Shown piece by piece: positions 40,711-50,834 of a DNA stretch of 64,000 nt. Each line of letters opens with the position of its first letter. Position 1 is the first letter of the stretch. A program made the translations under genes and the position numbers. The notes beneath the pieces were generated by a model, which searched no databases, was not told where the DNA came from, and worked only from the letters and a program-made list of their open reading frames with translations. Origin of the DNA: an uncultured Maribellus sp. (lineage in GTDB: Bacteria; Bacteroidota; Bacteroidia; Bacteroidales; Prolixibacteraceae); the NCBI GenBank assembly GCA_964572085.1, contig CAZNEV010000017.1, forward strand, positions 9,201-73,200, written 5' to 3'.

Positions 40711-42195
40711 ATGAATACAAATCGCAGATCGTTTTTAAAGAACATTGCTTTGGGAACAGGTGTAATTGCAACTGCCCCGTTAATGGCTTATACCGGCCCA
40801 ATAAGTAAAGAACAATTAGAGCAAATTCGCAAATCCTCGGGGTATCAACCTGCCATGAGTTTCAACATGTGCGGTTATGCTGCGCCGAAACTCGACAAGG
40901 TGCGTGTTGGTTTTGTGGGCATAGGCGATCGGGGTTCCGGAGCGGTTGAACGAATGACCTATATCGATGGGGTAGAGATTGTTGCTCTTTGTGACACGCG
41001 TCAGGCTGCCGTTGATGGCGGGCAGGCAATCCTCGCCAAAGCCGGCTTGCCAAAAGCAAAAGAATTTGTTGACGGTGATCTGGGATTCAAAAAACTTTGC
41101 GAAAGTGGATTGGTAGATTTGGTTTACACCGCGACCCCTTGGGAATGGCATGTTCCCGTTGGATTGGCTGCAATGGAAGGCGGTTGCCATACTGCAATTG
41201 AAGTTTCTACAGCGAAAACGATGGACGAATGTTGGGAAATTGTGGAGACCTCGGAACGCACCAAAAAACATTGTGTCATCCTCGAAAATTGCTGTTATGA
41301 TTTCTTCGAGCTACTGACCTTGAACATGGTTCGTCAAGGTGCATTTGGCGATTTGATCCACGGCGAAGGTGCTTACATCCACGATTTAGATAGTTATCAT
41401 TTCACCAAACCCAAAGACGATAAAATGTCGGATGGTGCTTACACTGGAATGTGGCGTTTACACGAAAATAAGCGGAAAGCAAACGTTTATCCTACGCACG
41501 GTTTAGGGCCCATCTGCCAGGCCATGAACATCAACCGGGGCGATAAAATGGAATACCTCACCGCGATGATGGGCAACGATTTTACATTGAAACAACGCAT
41601 TGCCGAAAAGGCAAAAGAAGACCCGTTTTTTGAACAGTTTGTGGGCTGGGACATGCGTGGAAACATGGACATGCAGATGATACGCACCAACAAAGGCCGA
41701 ACGATAATGATACAGCACGATATTTCTTCGCCGCGGCCTTATTCGCGAATTCACCTCTTGAGCGGAACAAAGGCATTTGCACAAAAATACCCGATTGAGC
41801 AGATCGCGTTTGGGCACAATGTCGTCGACGAGGCAAAAATGAAAGAACTACATGAAAAATATCAACCCGAAATCGTAAAACGTATGGGTGAAATGGCCAA
41901 GCAGGTGGGTGGCCACGGAGGAATGGATTTTATGATGGACTGGCGCATGATCGATTGCTTGCGCAACGGCCTCCCCATGGACATGGACGTGTATGACGCC
42001 GCAGCATGGAGCTCCATTACCCCGTTGAGCGAATGGTCCATTGCAAACGGATCGCAACCCATTGACATTCCCGATTTTACGCGCGGTGCCTGGAAAACCA
42101 ACAAACCTGTGGACATTACTTTGAACGGTGGCGGAACTACACAGGTTAGAAACTTGAAAGAAGCTGACGGAAAAAGACAACTGAATGTGAATTAG
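40711..42195 (+). CDS. Gfo/Idh/MocA oxidoreductase, GH109-like glycosidase with Tat signal
   Basis: NRRSFLK; GIGDRG; ATPWEWH; LENCCY; YPTHGLGP; GGHGGMDF. Confidence 0.9.
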   Translation: MNTNRRSFLKNIALGTGVIATAPLMAYTGPISKEQLEQIRKSSGYQPAMSFNMCGYAAPKLDKVRVGFVGIGDRGSGAVERMTYIDGVEIVALCDTRQAAVDGGQAILAKAGLPKAKEFVDGDLGFKKLCESGLVDLVYTATPWEWHVPVGLAAMEGGCHTAIEVSTAKTMDECWEIVETSERTKKHCVILENCCYDFFELLTLNMVRQGAFGDLIHGEGAYIHDLDSYHFTKPKDDKMSDGAYTGMWRLHENKRKANVYPTHGLGPICQAMNINRGDKMEYLTAMMGNDFTLKQRIAEKAKEDPFFEQFVGWDMRGNMDMQMIRTNKGRTIMIQHDISSPRPYSRIHLLSGTKAFAQKYPIEQIAFGHNVVDEAKMKELHEKYQPEIVKRMGEMAKQVGGHGGMDFMMDWRMIDCLRNGLPMDMDVYDAAAWSSITPLSEWSIANGSQPIDIPDFTRGAWKTNKPVDITLNGGGTTQVRNLKEADGKRQLNVN

Positions 42196-42224
42196 ATGGA
42201 TAGAAGGTTTTAAATTGAAAAATA

Positions 42225-42259
42225 AAAGCCGTTTCTTGTTTAAGGAGCGGTTTTTCTTT
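42225..42259 (+). terminator. Probable intrinsic terminator
   Basis: aaagccgtttctt-gttt-aaggagcggttttt followed by a T-rich tract, after the GH109 gene. Confidence 0.6.
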
Positions 42260-42324
42260 TATCTGTTAAATTTGAACCGCGCGAACAAATTTCTGTTAAC
42301 CTATAAGATTCAAAAAAACAGACA

Positions 42325-43125
42325 ATGATCGCAAAATTTAAATTTATAGCTCCAGTCTTGCTTTTTCTCTTTTTTTCTTGTTCTGAAGGACGAAAATTCC
42401 CACCACTCAATTCAGAAAAAACTCCCTTAACCAAGATCACGCTTAAAAATGCCCTGTTTTCAACAGAAATGCCGCAAACCCCACAACCAGCAGAGGATGG
42501 TAATGTTGGTGTAGAATTGAACAGCTTGAAAAACTTCATGGATGATTATGTGAGAAGAGATGGGAAATTCGATTTGAAAGCATTCGAGGGAAGATGGGCT
42601 GAGGTTCAGCAAAAAATAATTACGACGAATTTGAATTCTGGCCAATTAAAATTATGGATAGAAATCAATGGTTTTTTGATTGAATTAACAGGCAAGGCGA
42701 AGTTTGCCGAGGAAATGGAGCGGATTGTCCTTGCAGGGCTCCGCAGCCCGTTGTCTGGTGCAGAAGATGAATTCGAAAAGATGATTGCACCGTATATATT
42801 TACCCGCGATGTTGACAATATTTTTGTGAACCTTTTTGTGAATTCTACTTTGGAATTCGAGCATTCTTTATTCGGTGCGGTTAAAATCGAACAAGAAACC
42901 GATTATCCAAAATCGGGTAGTGTTCGAATCAAATTCAGTTTGGCAGAAAAAAAATACATCGAGTTGAATGTGCGGATTCCGGGTTGGGCGCGGGAAGCTA
43001 CTGTTACGGTTAAAAAGGTGAAATATGTGGCCAACCCGGGAACTTATTGTAAAATTGCCAAAAAATGGAAAGAAGGCGATATGGTGGAAATTGAATTCCA
43101 CTCAGATGAAACGGGAACGAAATAA
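42325..43125 (+). CDS. Lipoprotein with partial GH127-like domains
   Basis: Lipobox FFSC; LTG.AKFA.E.ER; IFVNLF, QETDYP.SG.V, RIPGWA, WKEGD. Confidence 0.7.
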   Translation: MIAKFKFIAPVLLFLFFSCSEGRKFPPLNSEKTPLTKITLKNALFSTEMPQTPQPAEDGNVGVELNSLKNFMDDYVRRDGKFDLKAFEGRWAEVQQKIITTNLNSGQLKLWIEINGFLIELTGKAKFAEEMERIVLAGLRSPLSGAEDEFEKMIAPYIFTRDVDNIFVNLFVNSTLEFEHSLFGAVKIEQETDYPKSGSVRIKFSLAEKKYIELNVRIPGWAREATVTVKKVKYVANPGTYCKIAKKWKEGDMVEIEFHSDETGTK

Positions 43126-43190
43126 AGTCATTTCCTTTTTGATTTGACGAAATTTTGTACTTTTAGGCCAAATTAAAACAACATTCAAAA

Positions 43191-44312
43191 ATGAAACACT
43201 TCAGTCTTATTTTATTGATAGCCGTATTCGCAGCATGTACATCAACACAAAAAACAAAAATTGAAATGCCTTACTCAACAACTGATTTTGAAGGAATGAC
43301 GGATGGCATACCAACCCGTCTTTTTACCATGGAAAACAAAAATGGCATGGTGGTAACACTCACCAACTACGGCGCAAAAATAGTTTCGATTTACGCACCC
43401 GGCCGCGATGGGAAATTTGCAGATGTGATGCTTGGGTTTAATTCGATTGAAGACTATAAAAACTATGGGGCGAGCCACGGCGCCGTGGTAGGGCCGTATG
43501 CCAACCGCATTGCCAATGCCAGTTTTGTCATCGATGGCGAAACGTATCAATTGCCGGTAAACAATGGATCGGCTTGTTTGCATTCAGGCCCGGATAGCTG
43601 GTACCGCAAGGCCTGGAATTATGAAAAGACAGGGAATGTTACCATGTTTACGTTGACGAGTGCCGATGGCGAATTTGGTTTCCCCGGGAACAAAACCGTT
43701 AAAACTACTTATACGCTCACCGACGACAACGAACTGAAAATAGATTACGAAATCACCACCGACAAAGCTTGTCCGGTGAATATTACCAACCACGGTTATT
43801 TTAATTTGCGTGGCGAGGGCAACGGAGATATTCTCGATCATGTGTTGGTGATAAACGCCGACAAATCTACGCCGGTAAATGCCGAAATGATCCCTACCGG
43901 AGAAATTGTGGACATCCGGGGAACTGAACTGGATTTTACTGCCCCTCATGCGATTGGCGAACGGATTGACGCGGACAATCAAATGTTGGTTTATGGTGCA
44001 GGTTATGATTTTAATTATGTGCTGAATAAAGCCGGGAACGAATTGGCATTTGCAGCCAGTGCCTATGAACCCGAAAGTGGCCGATACATGGAGGTGTTTA
44101 CCACCGAGCCGGGCATTCAACTCTACACCGGTAACCATTTGAAAGGGGATGAAATCGGGAAATCCGGGAAACCATATACCAAACGCACCGGATTCTGTTT
44201 GGAGACCCAACACTTCCCTGACAGTCCGAATCAGCCACAATTTCCTTCAACCCTTTTAAACCCGGGTGAAACTTATCAATCCACTACCATTTATAAATTT
44301 TCCGCGAAGTAA
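43191..44312 (+). CDS. galM: Aldose 1-epimerase (lipoprotein)
   Basis: TNYGA, YANRIA, LHSG, TNHGYFNL, QLYTGN, CLETQHFPDSPN. Confidence 0.93.
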   Translation: MKHFSLILLIAVFAACTSTQKTKIEMPYSTTDFEGMTDGIPTRLFTMENKNGMVVTLTNYGAKIVSIYAPGRDGKFADVMLGFNSIEDYKNYGASHGAVVGPYANRIANASFVIDGETYQLPVNNGSACLHSGPDSWYRKAWNYEKTGNVTMFTLTSADGEFGFPGNKTVKTTYTLTDDNELKIDYEITTDKACPVNITNHGYFNLRGEGNGDILDHVLVINADKSTPVNAEMIPTGEIVDIRGTELDFTAPHAIGERIDADNQMLVYGAGYDFNYVLNKAGNELAFAASAYEPESGRYMEVFTTEPGIQLYTGNHLKGDEIGKSGKPYTKRTGFCLETQHFPDSPNQPQFPSTLLNPGETYQSTTIYKFSAK

Positions 44313-44358
44313 GAGATAGAGCTTTTGCTTCGTAAGGGGAGCTTTTCGTTTTGTTAAA

Positions 44359-44499
44359 GAGCTCACTCCGAAAAGTTAATTACCCCTAAATCCCCCAAGG
44401 GGGACTTTAAGAACGCTTTGATTATTAGAACGTTCCCCTTTAGGGGTCAGGGGTAAAACAGAAGAGTATGTATTACAACAGACTTTTCGGAGTAGGCTC
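44359..44499. mobile_element. MITE-like element (~141 bp)
   Basis: 18-bp terminal inverted repeats, 16/18 match (GAGCTCACTCCGAAAAGT / ACTTTTCGGAGTAGGCTC); internal ACCCCTAAATCCCCCAAGGGGGAC ... CCCCTTTAGGGGTCAGGGGT hairpins; no coding capacity. Confidence 0.7.
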
Positions 44500-44553
44500 A
44501 ATAAAGGGCTTTCTTAATAGTTTCAGTTATTGTATTGGCTTTTTACTTGTGAA

Positions 44554-44602
44554 CCGCTCATCGCTCATCGCTCACCTCTCACCGCTCACCGCTCACCCCT
44601 CT
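44554..44602. repeat. Period-7 array (CCGCTCA-like x7)
   Basis: ccgctca tcgctca tcgctca cctctca ccgctca ccgctca cccctct. Confidence 0.85.
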
Positions 44603-44605
44603 CCA

Positions 44606-45670
44606 CTATTTCACCCGCATAAAACGGAACATTTTCAGCATCCAATTGGGTAGGGGATGATTACCTCGTTTTCTGAAATCGATGTACCAACCTAATTTTT
44701 TTAACAAAGGAATTCTGTGCGTTTCCACAAATTCAATCAAGGTGCCTTCCGGGGCTTGAATGTAGGCAAAGCTGCCGGCGGCTTCGCCCATGTCGAAGGT
44801 CTCCATTGCCCGGGCACTGTCAACAGTAAAAGGATGCCCTAAATCTTTGGCTTTTTCTCTGAACCCGTCCATTCCATTGATATCGAAGCAGATGTGGATG
44901 AAACCCGGATCGCCCCAAATGCGGCCTTCATAGATGCTCCGGGGTTCGCGGTCGAGCACCTGCACCAGTTCAATCACCGACTGACCAAAAAAAGGGCTGA
45001 ACGCTCCGCTTTTAACATCGGAATGTTTCAGCAAAATGCGGCGGAATTTATTTTTTCCTCCGGGGATTCCCTCGAAATCATTAAAAATACCCGTTTTGTC
45101 GTAAACAATCTGGTTGTATCCAAGGATGTTCTGATAGACTTTCAAACTGTCCTCCATGTTTCTTACGCCTATAACAGCACCAAGTATTCCGCCACTGACA
45201 GACTTTTCTTTTTTTCGGAATATATTTTTGTCGTTGATAACTTCCCACATATTCCCATAGATGTCTTTTAGGTAGAAATGTTTGTTTTCAACCGGATCCA
45301 GGTTCACGGAGTTCAATACGTCAAGCCCTGACTTCGAAAATTGGCCGAAAGCCGCTTTCACATTGGCCGTTTTAATTTTACCGATGTTGATTCCAAGGTC
45401 CCCCAACTGGATTTCGAATGGGCAGGGCTCAGGTTTTTTTCCGGTATGTTGCCAGATTTCGAATCCACCGCCACCCTGCATGTTTAACGCCAGCACCGCA
45501 TGGCGTTCACGAGGTTTCCCGTCGGTATATGCCAACATCAGTTCTGCCGTAGCTTCTTCTTCAAACATTTTTATGTCCATCGCAAAATGTTTTCTGTACC
45601 ATTTCCAGGCTTCATGCACATTTTCTACCCCAACTCCCAATTGTTGAATTCCGTTTATTTTTGACAACAT
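44606..45670 (-). CDS. VOC/glyoxalase family protein
   Basis: GIQQLGVGV, GGFEIWQ, GDPGFIHICFD, PEGTLIEFVE. Confidence 0.85.
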   Translation of the reverse strand: MLSKINGIQQLGVGVENVHEAWKWYRKHFAMDIKMFEEEATAELMLAYTDGKPRERHAVLALNMQGGGGFEIWQHTGKKPEPCPFEIQLGDLGINIGKIKTANVKAAFGQFSKSGLDVLNSVNLDPVENKHFYLKDIYGNMWEVINDKNIFRKKEKSVSGGILGAVIGVRNMEDSLKVYQNILGYNQIVYDKTGIFNDFEGIPGGKNKFRRILLKHSDVKSGAFSPFFGQSVIELVQVLDREPRSIYEGRIWGDPGFIHICFDINGMDGFREKAKDLGHPFTVDSARAMETFDMGEAAGSFAYIQAPEGTLIEFVETHRIPLLKKLGWYIDFRKRGNHPLPNWMLKMFRFMRVK

Positions 45671-45705
45671 TTTTATTCCTTAATTTTTACTTTTTTTAAA
45701 CTTTT

Positions 45706-45789
45706 TCCGATCTCCGTCTCCCGTCCTTCTTACCCCCCCCACGGGGGAGTTACCTGCCTACCGCCAGGCAGGGAGGGGGCTGTTTCCCC
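45706..45789. repeat. REP-like GC-rich hairpin cluster
   Basis: CCCCCCCCACGGGGGAG, CCTGCCT-accgcc-AGGCAGG (45753-45772), GAGGGGGC. Confidence 0.65.
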
Positions 45790-46587
45790 CTACAAGGCTT
45801 TCACCCTGCCTGCCAGATAATAATACAAACGCGGCAAAAAACGCCGGATGTGAACCATAATTATCTCGTTTCCACCAACCAAAATTTCTTTTTTGCAGCG
45901 TTTTAATTTACGGATAATAATCCTTGCGGTTTCATCGGCCGGTTTGCCCGTGTCCTGGCCGTCGTCCATTTTTGCATGTTTTTTCCCGTCTTTATCAATG
46001 GCATTCACCGAGATATTCGTTTTTATCCGCCCAGGTATGATAAGCGAAACTTCAATATTGTTTTTGATATTTTCGGCCCGAAGGCTTTCAAAAAATCCGT
46101 GCAGGGCATGTTTTGATGCCGAATAGGACGAACGGTACGGGAATCCGAACTTGCCAACAATGCTTGAGGTTACAGCAATTTGTCCTCCTCCGTTTTTAAT
46201 CATTCCCGGCAAAACAGCTTTTGTAAGCGCAATGGTGCCGAAATAGTTGATTTCGAATATCTTCCGATCGATTTCAAGCGGAGTTTCGCTAACAAACGAA
46301 CGTTGGCTGATTCCCCCGAAATGATAGAGGCAATCAATCTTTTCATGGTTTGAGAGGACCTTGCGGGAAGCACTTTTAATAGTCGTTTCATCACCTAAAT
46401 CAAATACTGCAACTTCGGTGCTACTGCCATTTTTCATGCAAATTTCAGCAACTTCTTGCAAAGCCTTTTCATTGCGGCCGGATAGAATTAAATGAGCATT
46501 CTCTTTCGATATTTCGATGGCCACAGCTCGTCCAATTCCTGATGAGGCACCGGTAATCCAAATGGTTTTATTCACAAAATTGATCAT
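45790..46587 (-). CDS. SDR family oxidoreductase
   Basis: ITGASSGIG, YSASKHAL; likely start MINFVNK at 46587. Confidence 0.92.
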   Translation of the reverse strand: MINFVNKTIWITGASSGIGRAVAIEISKENAHLILSGRNEKALQEVAEICMKNGSSTEVAVFDLGDETTIKSASRKVLSNHEKIDCLYHFGGISQRSFVSETPLEIDRKIFEINYFGTIALTKAVLPGMIKNGGGQIAVTSSIVGKFGFPYRSSYSASKHALHGFFESLRAENIKNNIEVSLIIPGRIKTNISVNAIDKDGKKHAKMDDGQDTGKPADETARIIIRKLKRCKKEILVGGNEIIMVHIRRFLPRLYYYLAGRVKAL

Positions 46588-46648
46588 TGTTTTTCTGAAA
46601 AAACACGAAGATAACAGAAAATGTTTTGTTGATGAAGAATGTGAGGAG

Positions 46649-47371
46649 TTAAATCCACCCGCGCAATTTGTAATAGGCAAGGGCCATCATTTCGCGGGCG
46701 ATCAGTATTTCATATTTTAAGTGGTTCCAGATCTGGTAACGCATGTTCGTGTTACCTCCCACATCGGGTAAAATGGTTTTATTTCCTCCAAGGTTGTTAT
46801 CGTTGAAAGTTAAATCGGCTTCCAGGGCGTTTTCGAAGGCAGGAAGGCAATTTACTTTTTCAAAGCCAGCTTTTTGAAAACACAAAACTGAACGTCGTGC
46901 ATGTTCGGGAGAAGTTACCAATAGAATGGACGATTGCATTTTGATCGTCCGTTTGCAATTTAATGCTTGTCCGCGCGTATTGGTCGCCTCATTTTCAAAA
47001 CGGATGTTTTTCGGATTCAGACCACGCATCACCAATTCTTTTTTAACGAGGCGAGGCGTACTTAAACTGTCGGAAGTGTCGCCCGGAATTGCGATAATTA
47101 ACGCTACGTCCGGAAAAGATTTGGCAGCTTTTTCAGCATACCAACATCGCATTAAATTACTCTCGCTCGGCATTCCGCCGCCGCCAAGCAAAATAATCGT
47201 TTCGGGCTTCCAGTGCAGTTCCGATTTGCTGGTGCCCAACCAATGATAGCCCCAAAAAGGTTGTTCGGTGAGCGCCAATACCACACAAGCCGTAAAGCAA
47301 AGGCCGATTAGCGCGAATATAGTTCGGAGTATCCTTAAAAAATAAATACTTTTGGATTTGATTCTTTTCAT
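46649..47371 (-). CDS. YdcF/DUF218 family protein
   Basis: IILLGGG, ENEATNT..QA, LLVTSPEH.RR, REMMAL.YY. Confidence 0.85.
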   Translation of the reverse strand: MKRIKSKSIYFLRILRTIFALIGLCFTACVVLALTEQPFWGYHWLGTSKSELHWKPETIILLGGGGMPSESNLMRCWYAEKAAKSFPDVALIIAIPGDTSDSLSTPRLVKKELVMRGLNPKNIRFENEATNTRGQALNCKRTIKMQSSILLVTSPEHARRSVLCFQKAGFEKVNCLPAFENALEADLTFNDNNLGGNKTILPDVGGNTNMRYQIWNHLKYEILIAREMMALAYYKLRGWI

Positions 47372-47441
47372 AGTAGCTTTTGTGGAAAGCTAAAAGTACG
47401 AATTATAGCGGTTTGGAAAAATAACTATTAAAAATATTCAC

Positions 47442-48872
47442 TTGAAAAATTCAGACAAAAACGAGATTATCCAGCTTTTTGAATCTCATTTCAATGAGAA
47501 AGTGGAACACGTGGAAATGCTACCGGGCTCCGGCTCGTATCGCGAATATTGCCGCTTAACCAGCTCGAAGCGCACGGTAATCGGGGCATTCAATGCTGAC
47601 GTAAAGGAAAATACTGCTTTTCTCACCTTCACCAGCCACTTTAAAAAATACGGATTGCCCGTTCCTGAAATTTATGCGGTAAGCTCTGATCTTAAAAAGT
47701 ATTTGCAAACGGATTTGGGCGACACCACGCTTTTCGATTTTCTAAGCACCGTTCGCGAAAAAGAGGGATTTTCTGAAAACATTGTTGCCGAATACAAAAA
47801 GGTGCTGAAAATACTTCCCAAAATACAAATAACCGCCGGCAAAACATTGGATTATTCTGTGTGTTACCCGCGTGCTGCGTTCGATAAGCAATCGATGATG
47901 TGGGATCTGAACTACTTTAAATATTATTTCCTGAAACTGGCTAAAATCCATTTCGACGAGCAGGCATTGGAAGATGATTTCCAAGCTTTCAGCGACTATT
48001 TGCTCAGCGCGGATTCCGATTATTTTATGTACCGCGATTTTCAGTCGCGCAATGTTATGCTGGTGAATGAGCAGGTATGGTTCATCGATTATCAGGGGGG
48101 ACGGCGCGGTGCGTTGCAATACGATTTGGCCTCGCTGCTCTACGACGGGAAAGCTGATATTCCCAACAGTATCCGCCAGCAGCTTTTCGATGCCTATCTC
48201 GAAGAGCTTCAAAAATACATTCCGGTAAACGAGCAGGAATTCAGGGGCTTTTTTACCGGCTTTGTGTTGATACGCATCATGCAGGCTATGGGAGCGTATG
48301 GTTTTCGCGGATTTTATGAGAAGAAAGAGCATTTTTTAAAAAGTATCCCTTTTGCACTGAAAAACCTGGGGTATATCCTGGAGAACACCCAATTGCCGGT
48401 CGAACTGCCTGAACTGGTCAATATTCTTAATCAGTTGGTTCACTCCGAGGTCTTAAAAGAAATCGGGCAGGTGCGCAGCAATTTAACGGTTACCCTAACC
48501 AGTTTCTCGTATAAAAACGGCTATCCTGTCGATCCTTCAGGCAACGGTGGAGGCCATGTTTTCGATTGCCGTGCTATTAATAATCCGGGGCGTTATCTCG
48601 AATACAAAACAATGACCGGAAAAGATCTTGAAGTGCAGCAATTCTTAGAGCAGAAATCGGAAATTGGAATCTTCCTGAACGCTGTGAAAACAATTGTCGA
48701 TCAATCGGTTAAAACCTACTTAGAACGCAAGTACACGCACCTTTCGGTGAGCTTTGGCTGCACCGGCGGACAACATCGCTCGGTATATTCGGCAGAGAAA
48801 ATGGCAGAGTACCTGAAAAACAATTACCAAGTAAATGTTGTTCTCAATCATCGGGAACAACAAACTATCTGA
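47442..48872 (+). CDS. APH-like phosphotransferase fused to a RapZ-type C-terminal domain
   Basis: GSGS.R.Y.R, YRDFQSRN, IDYQGGR.G; SFSYK.G, FDCR, GCTGGQHRSVY. Confidence 0.88.
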   Translation: MKNSDKNEIIQLFESHFNEKVEHVEMLPGSGSYREYCRLTSSKRTVIGAFNADVKENTAFLTFTSHFKKYGLPVPEIYAVSSDLKKYLQTDLGDTTLFDFLSTVREKEGFSENIVAEYKKVLKILPKIQITAGKTLDYSVCYPRAAFDKQSMMWDLNYFKYYFLKLAKIHFDEQALEDDFQAFSDYLLSADSDYFMYRDFQSRNVMLVNEQVWFIDYQGGRRGALQYDLASLLYDGKADIPNSIRQQLFDAYLEELQKYIPVNEQEFRGFFTGFVLIRIMQAMGAYGFRGFYEKKEHFLKSIPFALKNLGYILENTQLPVELPELVNILNQLVHSEVLKEIGQVRSNLTVTLTSFSYKNGYPVDPSGNGGGHVFDCRAINNPGRYLEYKTMTGKDLEVQQFLEQKSEIGIFLNAVKTIVDQSVKTYLERKYTHLSVSFGCTGGQHRSVYSAEKMAEYLKNNYQVNVVLNHREQQTI

Positions 48873-48994
48873 TGAGTAAAAGAGCGTGTAAGAAGAGTGA
48901 TTTTGTGGATAAGGAAAACGCGAGATTTGAATGTAAAAAATGTGGTGCGAAGGTGCTCAAAGAAGAAAAAGTGTGCAAAGCCAAAAAGATTTGA
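48872..48994 (+). CDS. Small Cys/Lys-rich protein (40 aa)
   Basis: TGATG overlap with the upstream stop; MSKRACKKSDFVDKENARFECKKCGAKVLKEEKVCKAKKI. Confidence 0.65.
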   Translation: MSKRACKKSDFVDKENARFECKKCGAKVLKEEKVCKAKKI

Positions 48995-49101
48995 CCACTT
49001 TTTTATAGAAATTGTTCGAACAAAACTTAGTTCTAAAACATTGCTTATCGAATCATAATTCTTAATTTTGCGGCATTATTTATTGAACAAAAATTTGATT
49101 C

Positions 49102-49812
49102 ATGGGAAGAGCATTTGAATACCGCAGGGCAGCCAAAGAAAAACGTTGGGATAAAATGTCGAGAATATTTCCAAAACTCGGCAAAAAAATTACGATTGCA
49201 GCCAAAGAAGGTGGCCCCGATCCAGATACCAATGCTGCCTTGCGCACCGCAATTTTAAATGCCAAAGCCCAAAACATGCCTAAAGTCAACATTGATGCCG
49301 CCATAAAACGTGCTTCGGGTAAAGATGCAACAGTTTTCGATGAGGTGAATTACGAAGGGAAAGGCCCGCACGGTGTTCTGGTTTTCGTGGAATGCGCCAC
49401 CGACAATCCCACGCGGACCGTTGCCAACGTAAAAAGCTATTTCAACAAAGCAAACGGTTCATTGGTGCCAACAGGTTCATTAGAATTTATGTTCAGCAGA
49501 AAAGCGGTGTTCGAATTCAATTTGCCCGATGGAATGGAGGTGGACGATATTGAACTGGAATTGATCGACGCCGGGTTGGAAGAAATCGAAGAAAACGAAG
49601 GTGTGTATTATGCTACTGCTGATTACACCAATTTTGGCCCTTTGGCCCACGCTTTCGACGAACTGAAGATTGAAGTTGCAAATGCCGATTTGAAACGCTA
49701 TCCGACCACTCCTTTGGAATTTACAGAAGAGCAATTGGAAGACATTGAAAAGATGATTGACAAGCTGGAGGAAGATGACGACGTTCAGGCCGTTTACACC
49801 AACATCGCATAA
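49102..49812 (+). CDS. yebC: YebC/PmpR family protein
   Basis: [49 protein letters not shown] promoter element at 49063. Confidence 0.95.
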   Translation: MGRAFEYRRAAKEKRWDKMSRIFPKLGKKITIAAKEGGPDPDTNAALRTAILNAKAQNMPKVNIDAAIKRASGKDATVFDEVNYEGKGPHGVLVFVECATDNPTRTVANVKSYFNKANGSLVPTGSLEFMFSRKAVFEFNLPDGMEVDDIELELIDAGLEEIEENEGVYYATADYTNFGPLAHAFDELKIEVANADLKRYPTTPLEFTEEQLEDIEKMIDKLEEDDDVQAVYTNIA

Positions 49813-49834
49813 ACCGGCCGTAAAACTGAAATAT

Positions 49835-50055
49835 TTATTTTAGGTAATCACTTACTTTTCGCTGAATCCTCTTTTTAACTTTTTCCCAAGTTTGTTTTTT
49901 AAAACTTACCGGCGTTTCGCTGTCTTTGGCATCAACAAAATAGGTAATGGCATGCGGAATGCTGATGGCCAGCATTTGGCTGGGGTATTTTTGTTTGTGC
50001 CAATCCATAATTTGTTGCAGCGGGTAATGTTGCAACAATTCATATAAATCCCAAA
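49835..50055 (-). pseudogene. 3' fragment of an AbiEii/AbiGii-like nucleotidyltransferase toxin
   Basis: WDLYELLQHYPLQQIMDWH..KYP...AITYFVDA.DSE.P.S...TWEKVKK.I. Confidence 0.55.
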
Positions 50056-50130
50056 TGTTGAATGTTGTTGTTTATAAAAGAATCGCTGCTTGAAATGCTC
50101 TTCTAAATTTTTCACGATTAGAGGTTGATT

Positions 50131-50834
50131 GAATTTTTCATAAAAGAGAAACTTAGATATAGGTTCCTGAAAGCTGGCAGTCTGCCGGGAAATGGCAAAG
50201 ACGACGATGGCATCAAAGAACTTGAGCGGGGGGCGTTTAAAAAAAAACCCTCGAACCATTGCTGGGGCAAGCCAGAAAGGGAGAAAAAATAGTGCTGTTC
50301 ATGGACGCCGCCCATTTTATCTTTGCAACGTTCCTTGGTTATTTATGGTGACATACGAGGTGTTTTCTGAAAAGCCATGCCGGGAGGAAACGGTACAATG
50401 TACTGGGGGCGCTAAATGCCATAACCAAAAAAGTATCAATATATACCAATGACACAACATTGGGGGCATATAGCGTGTGCCGGTTCTTGAAACAGGTTTA
50501 CCTGGAGTGTAAAGGGAAAAACATAGCCGTCATTTTAGACAATGCAGCATACCAAAGGTGTAAATTGGTTCGCAGATATTCCAAGGTGCTGGGCATAGGG
50601 CTAATTTATTTGCCATCGTACTCCCCAAACTTAAACTTGATCGAACGGTTTTGGAAATATGTAAAAAAAGAGGTGTTGTATTCTACTTTTCATAAAGACT
50701 ACACGGCGTTTAAACAAAGCATTGACGAATGCATAAACAATGCTTTTATAAAAGACAAGGAAAAATTGGAAAGCTTGTTGACAAATAACTTTCAGTCGTT
50801 CAAAAATGTTAAAATACTACCCGTTTAGAGTATA
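50131..50834 (+). mobile_element. IS630-family element remnant (5'-truncated, internal stop)
   Basis: -1 shift at TTTAAAAAAAAAC (50236-50248); FMDAAHF, GRKRYNVLGA, LDNAAYQ, LPSYSPNLNLIERFW; TGA at 50349; ends ...TAGAGTATA. Confidence 0.88.

Noticed and set aside
43584..44240. 218-aa minus-strand ORF, and similar long antisense ORFs such as 47742-48332
   Set aside because: Shadows of well-supported genes on the opposite strand
47442..48872. Kinase-RapZ fusion as a novelty
   Set aside because: Familiar architecture in Bacteroidota
50349..50351. TGA as selenocysteine or recoding
   Set aside because: It lies in a truncated transposase, and other genes use TGA as stop; simple decay is more likely
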